A DNA stretch of 64,000 nt from NCBI GenBank assembly GCA_015680685.1, contig MNCI01002981.1, positions 260,061-324,060 on the forward strand, in the 5' to 3' direction. The position numbers were made by a program, and so were the translations under genes. Every line of letters begins with the position of its first letter. Position 1 is the first letter of the stretch. This DNA is from Gnetum montanum (Eukaryota > Plantae > Gnetophyta). This document shows positions 28,001 through 38,800 of this stretch, piece after piece. The notes beneath the pieces were generated by a model. It did no database searches. It saw only the letters and a list, made by a program, of their open reading frames with translations, and was not told the origin of the DNA.

Positions 28001-28091
28001 TTATAACAAGTTTTCAGATAATGAAGCTTGCTGTAGCTACTTTTTACCTTCAACACTGTTAGATGATCCAGACGATTGGGAGTGTACGTGA
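19005..28091 (+). CDS. Large armadillo-repeat + ankyrin-repeat + coiled-coil protein (~2049 aa, 8 coding exons)
   Basis: Phase-consistent GT-AG model join(19005..20244,20526..20764,21466..22411,22499..23225,23334..24370,24451..24557,26111..26259,26387..28091) = 6150 nt with no internal stops. ARM-like units such as VSAMSQFPEDIRIQYYACMTL, ISAMSLCKTNETIQVEACRIL and IRAMAAFPTNKVIQIGTSYVL. Ankyrin: GDLECLKILVSKGVDVCAQDSLGRTALWYA. Confidence 0.85.
25057..25154 (+). repeat. Perfect 49-bp tandem duplication in the sixth coding-region intron of the ARM-ankyrin gene
   Basis: TGTATTTGAAAAATAGATCTGGGTTTAATATAGAGCATATTCTTCTACT twice. Confidence 0.92.
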
Positions 28092-29026
28092 ACATGATTG
28101 TGCAAGTGATACGCGCGAAACATGTTCGTCTTGGGAAGCTGCGGAGACACATTTGATTTTTCATTCTGCTTCAAAGTCATATCGGAACGTGGCTGCAAAC
28201 TCTGCTGGAAGCCTAATGTCTTGCATGAGGTTACATTCGGACAAATAGGTATTCCCGGCCTTTTGGTCGCATGCGGACGTCGTTTCTGTTTTAATGGAAT
28301 TGTACAGAGAGCCTTAATGCCTGTTCAACTTTTTCAATTGTTATAGAAAAATGAAATTGATTCTTTCAAGTATGGAAAACTACCGATAGTAAATAATTTT
28401 GTTCATAACACACAAAGGGAGGGTTTGAACTTTGATAAATAATATAACTGTCCCAGAAAATCATATATATTGGTTATGGCATTCATTTTTGTTTGGCCGT
28501 TTAAGAAAAATCTAACATTCCACCTGAAATATTTTGTTGCAATTTTTTTTGGAAAAATCCTTTCAATTAAAATATAAAAATATTATAAACTTTATCTTAT
28601 AATCATTATAAATAAGATTTAAGATTCATTTTTTAAGTACAAAACCATTTATGTGATGGCATTTACCATCGAAATGGTTAACTTTGATTAGAAATAATGA
28701 AACTGAAATAGGCTAGTATTTTTTAAAATTTTTTATTTGCAATGTTTAGAAGCGATGAACAATGGGAAAGAAAACGAAATAGAAGGATACCCTACGTTAC
28801 CCTCAGTACATCTCGGACCAAGAATGTAAGGAATATTTGGACCGAGTTAACATGTTGCTTAAGGAAAATGTGATGTACTTGCATCCGTGTGTTCACCATG
28901 TCTTTTTACCATGCCTTTGAATGCATAAATTCATTGTATACAAGATGTGAAAAAAAAAAAAAAATTTCTGTTAGTGCTAGCACTTGGCCATTGAAGATTT
29001 CATTTTGAAAACCTTAAAGCATTTTA

Positions 29027-29166
29027 GAGCCGGTTTGGATGCCTGATTCTTTGGGTACTGTTTCTACAGATTCTATCCATCTTATCTAAAAATTTATATG
29101 GTTTTGACTGGTTCTACGAAATTTTACCTGTACACATCTTCAGATTGCACGTATCCAAACAGACCC
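29027..29166. mobile_element. Tourist (PIF/Harbinger) MITE, 140 bp
   Basis: Imperfect TIRs GAGCCGGTTTGGATGC / GTATCCAAACAGACCC with TTA on both flanks. Confidence 0.7.
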
Positions 29167-29889
29167 TTATGGAATCCATAAAAATGTACTAATGAATCCA
29201 ATCTTCCATTCATGCGTCATGCAATTTTTTACCAGTATCAAGAAGTCCTGTAAAACTTCTTGCATTTCTGAGTACATAAACGGTTTTCGACCCATTTTAG
29301 TAATATGGGAAAAAATTTCAATAAACCTTTGACTTTTTAAGCAATATCGAAATTTGCTACTGTTGTTTCCATGATTTATGGAAAGCCTTCCAAACTGTTT
29401 TTCTCTTTTTTACAAATTTTTACCCAAGATGTAACTAAAAAATCTTGATCATTCAAGACTGCAATGGGTGGTAACCTCTTAGCACAATTAGCACTTTGCA
29501 TGCAACCATGGCCTTGCCACTTTGTTTCTGTCAAATAGGCCCATATTTTGTTTGCTGCCAAAACAAATATGATAAATAACCGGAGGCAGGGAATAATACA
29601 GTATTTCATGGACGATTACATGTTTGCATCTGATATTCGATAAATCAAATCTAATGCATAGTAACCTCATTCTGGAACAAGATACCATACCTTAAATCAG
29701 TGTTACTTAAGAGCTCATGTATCCGTTTTCATCACATGCATGTTTGGTAGTTGTAAAGTGCTTTCAATCAACGCAACTATTACCCAGAGCAACAAACCTC
29801 TAATGGTCAAAGCTCAGCAATTTCTCCAGAGAACTCATCTGGCAATTACAGTTCACAAACTCCAGTTTTTCACAAAATCAGTTTTTTAT

Positions 29890-32800
29890 TTATATACAAT
29901 CTTCAATGTCTGGAATGCTATCGCTTGTTGTGTTACACTTATTTTTGGCAGGTGCTTTTGTTGCCAAAACATCTACCACAAGTTGACCACAAGCACCACT
30001 TATGTCTTGCCCCATTTCCTGGCGGATTGTTGTTCTGATGTGATACACGGTCCTCAGCAGTTTTTGGAATGCCTTGACATTTTCCAGTGTGCTTGTTTTA
30101 TATTTGCTGACAGTTCCAATAGGATTGAAAGGTATCAAATTTACAACCTACAATGAACAAATTCAACACTAATCACAATTAAATGCAGAATTGGAATTAA
30201 AAAAAAAATCTAAATAGCAATGTTAAGACAGACAGACAAAAAAAAGTTATTTCTGAGGAGTTCAGGTGTTCGATGTTGTGTCCAAAACAACGGTATGGAA
30301 GTTTTTATTCACATGCAATGTCATGAAATATCAAATATTCCTGTTCAGCACAATCTGTTTCACTATATTAAAATGTATGCCTTACACAACACATACCACA
30401 TCATAACCGCTGAGCAACTCTCCCAAGAGATGCGCATGTGCTTCTTGATCATTTACTCCATCCAACATTATGTATTCAATCAGTATTTTACGTTTGCTAC
30501 ATAGAAACATAAATAAAATTATTGGCCATGGTTTTCAGACATTCTTGAGATATCAGATTACAATATCAAGGAAATATGAACAATAAATTTAAATAAGCAG
30601 GCATTCCTATTTAAATGTGATTCCTTCAAAGTCTCAAATTTCAGGATTCAAAAAAGAAATTGAAGTATACAACTTCTTAATAACTGAAATGATTGAGCTG
30701 ATGCCATCAGCCGACAAACATACAAACAAAAGCTCCAGCCCATTATAGCATTCTAAAATTCTAAAATTCGATATTCAATTATTGTGATTTCACATATGGG
30801 TGGAATTTGTAAACTCCAACCTTAATGTAAGAGCGACATACCAGTGTTCTTGATAACTACGCAATGACTCCATAAGCTTTGTTAAAGGAAATGCACGTGC
30901 AGCTGGCATTATTTGACAACGAATATCTTGTAAAGGAGCATGAAGTGAAACTGCAAGATTAATATTTGGTAAATCATGCTTTAAATTATTAATTCCATGA
31001 ATGATTCCCACCTGTCAAAATTTCAAAATTAGTTGCCAAGTTAATCGGCTAAGATTTTTTGTATAACAAAAAAAGTTGCAAGAGTATTATGGTAAGCAGT
31101 ATAAAATATAAAATGGAAAACCGTCAAAACTGAAATGCAACATGAAAGTCGATTTGGGCTTTGAAATAACAAGACATCTTATCATCAATTTTCTCTTCAT
31201 TAAAAACCTAGAACAAAAGAATACAGATTACCAATCAATTTTACGAACAAAACTTGAAAGATCGCAAACCGTAAAAACTCAAACAAATCATAAAGAGTAC
31301 AAAAGATCAGGGACATTGTTTGACAAACAGGGGTCCTGTTATGTTTTAATTGGGAACAAAACACTTTGAAACGCTGATCAGTGAGGCATAGCTTCTTGGT
31401 AACGTATGTGACATCAACCCTACTAGTTTCAGGTGAAATATTTAGAAATTTAGCTATGCGTTAGGATAATAATTTGATCCACATGAAGGTGGGTAGCAGA
31501 TGCCACACGTAATCAAGATATCCTAGTTGCAACCAAAACATGCCCGTACCCAAAAATCGGTATGAAATTGGAAAGCAGCTACTAAATAGAAACCTATACA
31601 CAATAGCAATGATTAGCATCAAAGATCAAGTGAAATGGCAAAAGGCCAAGGGACTCCCAGAATGAGAGCTATTGGGTTGAAAGTAGCCCAAGAGACTTGA
31701 ACAATAGGTGGGCTGTAATAAACAGCAATGAGGCACACTAGCAGATAATCATGTGCTGTGAATTCTATTAAGGATGACAACTTGAAGAGAGTTATTTGGA
31801 AGACCCATACTAAAGCATTCACTAGAATTTGTATAATCCGGTTTTTGTATTAGAATTAATGATTCTATAACATTATCCACTAATTATATGAAATACCATT
31901 CCCTCACTAAGTCGATGGTTAACTGAAATTCCTGCTTTCGTAGTTAACAAAACTTAAAACACTTGAACATGATAAAACATATTTGAATCATAAGTTCACA
32001 AGGTATAGTAGTTCATATATAATTAGTGGATAATGTAATGTTATAAAATCATAAATTCTAACACAAAAACCCAATTATTCAAATTCTATTCTATGCTTTA
32101 GTATGGTTAATTAAAACTCCTGCTTTTGTAATTAACAAAACTTTAACAATTAAACAGGATAAAACATTTATGAATCATAAGTTCAAGAATGTTTAGCAGG
32201 TCTAGCCCAATGCCCCATAAGATTGAAAATCACACAGCCTATGAAGAGAAGAAAATGTAAACGCTACAACAGTCTTTGGGCCGTGTAAACTTCCTACTGT
32301 GCCAAAGTTATTATCATATAATGGTCTTCTAAGTTGTCTTCTGCATGATAAAATTCAGAATAATGTGTTGTTATCAACAACAAAATCATGTTGGTTTTTT
32401 GAAATGGGCAGAGTGGGGAAGGGAGCAGGAGTGGGAGTGGGGGAGCGGGTGCTGGTGCATTTGCAGAGGGGACCGCGCATGCTGGAGCTGGAGCGGGAGA
32501 TGTACAGAACAGTCCAGAGGGCACCGTCAGCTCTGAGGAAAGTGGGCCTATGCAGGAGGGTGGTCAACAAGGATCAGTTTGGGTTCTGCAGGAGGACCCA
32601 AGGACGTTGCGGAACGGCCCAGGGATAGGCGGGTCTCTTGGAGGGGGGTGGAAGCCAAGAGTGGGAGGAATTGATGCCTGTTACCAGCAGGAGGGTCACA
32701 TATGACTACAGATGAAAGGCTGTTCTGAGGAAGGAAATCAAAGGATGGAACATAGCCTCATTGGGAAATTCATCTCCAAGGGTGTCAGGCCCAGCCTCAA

Positions 32801-35800
32801 CCTCACTGCAAAGTGGGAACATACCATGTGGAAAATGGAGGAGGTTGGGGTTCAATGCCTATCAGGGGAACTGCTCCTATTTATTTTATGGACTATGGAG
32901 GAACAGGACCGGGTTCTGGCTGGGAGGCCCTAGTTCTATGGGGCATGTGGCCTTGCTTTGACCCCTTGGAGACCCGGGGTGCACAGAGAAGAAGATCTAT
33001 TTGCTTGGGCACTAGTGTGGATTCGAACCTCCGGGATTTCATGGAAAATGTGGACGCCGGCGTTCCTCACAGCTTTTGCAGATTTCTTTGGAGATTTCAT
33101 TACCTTAGACAGATCCACTAACTCCATGATGAGGATGGGTTTTGGTTTTGTGCATTTTTGTCTCTGGCGCCCCCTGTCGTCAAAAGACCTTGTCAAGGAG
33201 GTCTCATTGGAATTTCCTATTGGTGCAAACACCATCAAAATCGAATATGAAAATCTGGAGGAACCCAATCCCACGTTGCAGTTTGGGAGGGGTTGTGCGG
33301 TCTGTGAAAAGACTAGAAACTTGGCCATTGAATGCAAGGTGAAGCAAGGTTTGGGAGATGCAGCAAAGCCCAAGGGCATGCAAGGAAAAGGTTCGGGCTG
33401 GTTCCAAATCCAGAAGGGACAAGCGATGTTGGTTGCCACAAAAAAGGAGATGCCTCCACAGATGATGGAGGAGACACAACTGGATGGGCCTGAGCCGACC
33501 AAAGCATTAGAGATGAAAGGCAAGGTTGTGAACAGGGGAGCAGGAAGGGCTGTGGAGGAGGAAGTTACATAGCGGACCCCCTGCACACCAGCGGGGAACA
33601 AGAGTGGAGGGGACCTGTCAATGCCAGAGCTCCCACTGTTGGGGGATTGGGTGTTGGTTGTTCGCAAATCTTCCAGACCATCAATGTCGGAGGTCCACGG
33701 GGAGGTCATTCAAACCCCTAGATTGGCCAACCTCACAAACCCATTGCAAGAAGCAAGCAAACACAACTGGAAATAGATTTGGGAATTCAATGAACCCTAA
33801 GGGAGGCTTTTGGGAATTGATCATTGAGTTTCCCATGAAGATTCTTTCTTAGAATTGCAAGGACTGGGGTACACCCTACAAAAGAACTACCCTAAAAGAC
33901 ATTGGTGGGCGTGAGGGTTGTGACGTAGTCTATTTGCAAGAGATGAAGCTACAACAGTTGGAGTTTGGTTGGTTGCAATGGCAAGGTTGGAATGCATAGT
34001 TATTTCCTTGTAGTGGTAGAGTGGGTGGTAGAGTGGGGGGCCTTGCGATACTAGCCCAAACAACGTTGGTGCTAGTGGACGAGTCCCGCTAGAGCCAAAT
34101 GGTACATTTGGCTCAAGAGGACCTTTGGCTCACAAACATATATGGGGCACAAAATTGGGAAGTTCCGGTATAGGAATTCCAGAGGCTGGCATTGGTGGTG
34201 CTAGACAAAAAGCGTTGGATTTTGATTGGAGATTTTAACCTGCATCTTTACACATGGAAAAAGATGGGAGGAAATAACAATATTCCCTCAAGCAGCCAAG
34301 AGTTGTTGGAGTTCCTCCAACAACATAGCCTGGTAGATATGGAAATAGAAGGCTGCAGTTTCTCTTGGAGCAACCAATGCAAAGGGATTGAGTGCATCTA
34401 GTTGAAGATTGACTGGGTGTGGGTGAGTACTAGTTTAGCACTTTAGTATAACATTCAGGTAATGAGCAAGGAGCGACAGGCATCTGACCATTGCTCCTTA
34501 TTATGCAACCTGCATGTGGTGCGTGGTTTGGGCCCTTGGCCTGTTAGATTTGAGCGTACATAGCTTTCTAAACCATGGCTCAGGCTGCTTGTGCACAATA
34601 TCTGGCAAGGGTACTCAGAAGAGGTGGACCCAAGGAACTTCATCAAGCACGACCTACGCACTCTCAAGGGCCAAATCAAGAATAACGCCACTGTGAATAA
34701 ATATGGTTTTTGGACCTTCTTCTCCTAGTTACTGCACCAGCTCTCTGCTATGCAGGCAAGGCAGGAACAAGGTGAAGATCTACATGAAGAGGAACAAACA
34801 CTACTGCGAGAATTGTAGGACCTCTCGCTGGAGGAGGTCTACTGGTGGCAACGTGCCAAAATCACATGACTTAGGGAGGGGGATAAAAATACCAAATTTT
34901 TCTTTGCGTTAGCAAAGGAGCGAGGACAGGAGAAGCACAAAATCAAGCTTGTTCAAGATGGGGTTGTCCTGGCAAATGAGGAGCAAGTCGCTAATACTGT
35001 GTGTCATTACTGGGGGAAGATCTGGTGAAGGAAAAATACTGGTCCAATTTTGGCGCACATACTGCAAGTGCTAGGATTGGTGGACAACCTGGCCTTGCTT
35101 CGCCTATTCACAGTGTAGGAGCTGGTCATCACAATGAGGACGATGAAGACTAACAAGGCACCTAGCCCTCACAGGTGGCCAATAGAGTTCTTCAAGGCAC
35201 ATATGGACCTCATGGGTGCAAATATCTTGTCAATCACATGCTCCATTGGTGGGAGGTAAGAAGCAAATTAAACTACTCACGCATTATTTTAATCCCCAAG
35301 ATTCCGGTGCCATCATCTCCCATGCACTTTCAGTCGATTGGGGTCTGCAACACTCTCCTCAAACTGTTTACAAAGATGTTGGTACAACGCTTGGTGCCGC
35401 TCATGCCTCAACTTGTCAGGCAGAATTAAGCAAGCTTTGTGAAGGGTCTTCCTACAGGACCAGGTACTTTTGATGCAAGAAACAATGTTGCGGAAGGGCT
35501 TTGCGCTAGATTTCGTGTGCCTATGCATGCAAATTCAGTTGTCGGGACAGTACTCGTTCAACATTGGGGGCAGGTTTTGGGGTTTTGCCTCGCCTAGGCA
35601 TGGCTTGCATCAAGGAGATCCCCTATCCCCCTTGCTCTTTATTTTGATCATGGATTTGCTGCAAGGGTACTGCAAGATAGAGGGGCTCTAAGGTGTGTTG
35701 GTAGTTGGGGTGCACTGCATCACAAAGCACTACGCCAATGACATGATTATCTTTGCATGTGCGGCCATCCTGTAGGCGATGACCCTTCAATGAGCACTGG

Positions 35801-38800
35801 AGCGGATGGAGGTAGAACTAGGACTTGTGGTCAAGCAAAGTCTGCACTGCACCTACTCAACATGGACACATAGGTGAGTTCCCAAATCTGTTAGGTCCTA
35901 GGTATCTTGCCTGGGACAACACAGGACTCCTACCTTGGGATGCCAATCTTTGACTGGCACAGGAGGTCAACATGGAACACACTGCTTCACAAATTAGAAA
36001 CAAAGATGAAGCATTGGACAAACCGCTTTCTATCAAGAAAGGGCAAGCTAATCCTTGTGTCATCAATTTTAATGGTGATGGCAAGAATTACGGCTTCCAT
36101 GGCACATTCGCCTGAGGGGGTGACCCAAAAAATCGATCAGATTATAAGGCGCTTTGTCTAGTCGAGAGGCAAAGGAGGAGGTAAATTGCACTTGGTCTAC
36201 TAGGAAAATATCGCAAAGCCAAAAAATGCAAGAGGAATTGGTATCTTGAATTTTAAGACTGAGATTCTGCTGGGAATGCAAAGGCTTGTCAATAAATTGC
36301 TAGTGCCGAAGGGACAGCCTACCCAATGGGTTAGCATCATCCAAGGGAAATATTAGTTTTGGGAGGTTGGCTCAAGAGGATCGTAGTTCTGGAGAGCATT
36401 GTGCCAGCATGCTACTCAGATGAGGGTCTTTGTTCTGTTGGGCATGACTCCAAAGGAGGTTTATCTAACATTACTTTCTACCGACCCCTAGGTGGAATAT
36501 TATATGGCAAGGTCAATTTCTTGAGAAAGTGAAGGTTTTCCTATGGTTGGTGGCTAATAGGGCGCTACCAGTGAGATGGCTCCTGCAAGAGAAAGGCTTG
36601 GAAATCGATCCTCAGTGCCCCCTCTACATGCAGAGTACAGAAACGACTCATCATTTTATTTCTCAATGTCCCTACATGCTTGACACCTGGTAGGCCGTGG
36701 GGCTACAATTGCCTGCGAGATTGGATGGGGATAAAAAGGAAACAACAATGCTGTGGATGACTTGGAAGCACCGAAATCACTTGATTTTCAAGGGGCAATG
36801 GCTGCCACCATCATCAGTTGTTGCCACTCAAGTTGAAGCTTTGGGAAGAGGCAACACACAATATGGGGCACCTATGTTATCAGTGGCCAACGGTGGCAGA
36901 ATTTAGAGCTGACAAAGAGTTGTCAACACTAATATGACAAACCAAATGGGAGGACTTGTTGTCCCAATTGACAAAGTGCCAGATCTAGTGGATGATACCT
37001 TTTTCGAGCAATGGGTTGGGGAGGAAACAACATTTCAGGGAAGGAAGATTGTGTTGATGGAGGGGGTTGTGGCTGAGGCACTGGGTGTCCCGACGGATGG
37101 GGTGGTGCCCAACCAGTGCTCCATAGCTACAAGTATGTGCGTTAGTTCTTCCATGGCCCGACACCAAAAACAACCAACGGCCATGTCCCCTGGACGACAC
37201 TACCGCTGCTATGGCAGAAGGCGGTGACCCTAGTTGACACATTTCTTGTGCAGTCTAGCATTGTGAAGGCGGTGACCCTAGTTGACACGTTTCTTGTGCA
37301 GTCTGGCACTGTGTCAAAGTTGCTGGGAGTACACTTCGCCTTCATGCACTACCTCAGAGGGAGTTTGAGGGTCAACATTCCGCATTTTCTCTTGTCGTCC
37401 CTGTGAAGACGATAGCTTGGACGACATACAAGGCTTATCATGGCTCTATGGTAGCATGCAACGGAGGCCCCGACAATGGTCCATATGGCGATTTTCCTTG
37501 TCTACCATCGGTGATGGCTCCGAGACGACCATCGCACTGACGTGTCTAGATCTGGGTTGCCTACGGCAAAAGGAGGGGGGGGGGGGGGGGGGGGGGGGNA
37601 AGGGAGGACTGAACAAGTGTGGATGAGGATAGAGGAGGTCAAACAAGTTTGCAAGGCAACGGGACACTAGGCCCATAAGGAGGAGACAGGTTTTTTAGGA
37701 GGGTTGGGATGTGTGTGAAGAGGCCCTCCAGAGGGCGATCAATTTGGCAACATAGCACAAGGAAGAATGGCAAAAGTTCTCCCGGTGGAACCAGCAAAGA
37801 CAAGTGTTGATCATGTAGCTGTTGAGGTAGGACAACCCATGGCTGGGGGAGAAAATAGGCACATAGTTAGAATCAGAGGGTATGCAGCAAGAGGCGGTAG
37901 GAAGGTAGGATCGGGGGGTGGGGGGAGGGAGGAATGATGGGGGATCAAGTCGGGTGCCCTAATCATGTTTGGCTAGGGCTACAGCCTTTCGGGATGGGTC
38001 GCTACCTAGTGGAGTTTTTGTGGGTTGGGCCATTGGCTCGTTTCTTGTGCCACATGTGTTCTCTCTAGGTGTGCGGTGTACGATCTGTATGGCCCATTTG
38101 GAGGCCCTCTTGGTCTTTGGGTTTTCCGATTTTGGGGTTAGGTTTGGTTCCTTTGCATGGTGCCACTTGCAATGGTGGATCCTGCCATGTCAACACGTGG
38201 GATAGTGGTTGCCGGGTGCCACCTCTTCCCAATTTGTAAATATTTCATTACACTTTTAATAACAACCTAAACATTTCTCATAAAAAAAAAACAACAAAAT
38301 CATGTTGATATTTTATGTTGAAAATAATATATATAGCATACAACCTCAATAAAAAATAAACAACGGCCAGATAAGAATAGTATCCACCTACTGTTGATAT
38401 CGTGACATGCCTTGGTGACAACTGAAAGCAGGGCCCTGTAATTGTTCGCACTGCTTGAACAACTGACTTGTAATTGTTCAGAGGTTCTCCCATTCCCTGC
38501 AGAATATAAGATGAGCTAAAAGAATGTTAAAGTTGTTTGATCACCTTCACCTATTTATGAATTATAGAGAAAATGCTGATTAAGAAAAGAGTGGATAATG
38601 CTTATTAACAGTCAAAATGTTGCCTATTTTTTTGAAAAAGTTGGGAAAATGTCCATCATGCAAAAAAGACCTTTTCCTGATGTTCTTAAAGGCAAATCTG
38701 AAAAGGTCACTAAAATCTGAATCACAGTCCTACCGTATTCAAAGGAAACCCACTCTTAAAGGCTACAATTTGGAGGACAAAATCTATAGTAATAGGTTTT

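Larger units (their letters stand above)
32394..38289 (+). mobile_element. Apparently full-length L1-clade LINE (degenerate) with an extra third ORF, antisense in RlmN intron 5
   Basis: 18-bp TSD AACAACAAAATCATGTTG (32376-32393 and 38290-38307); poly(A) at 38282-38289; ORF1, ORF2 and ORF3 remnants inside. Confidence 0.93.

Noticed and set aside
28063-28346. Cys-rich short ORFs after the ARM-ankyrin stop as an extra exon or zinc finger
   Set aside because: No convincing splice sites or motif spacing; treated as 3' UTR.
32936-33709. 257-aa antisense ORF in LINE ORF1
   Set aside because: Shadow frame of GC-rich coding sequence with no domain features.
37575-37599. Poly-G tract as a functional G-quadruplex or poly-Gly segment
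   Set aside because: It abuts an N, so its length and continuity may be a sequencing or assembly artefact.
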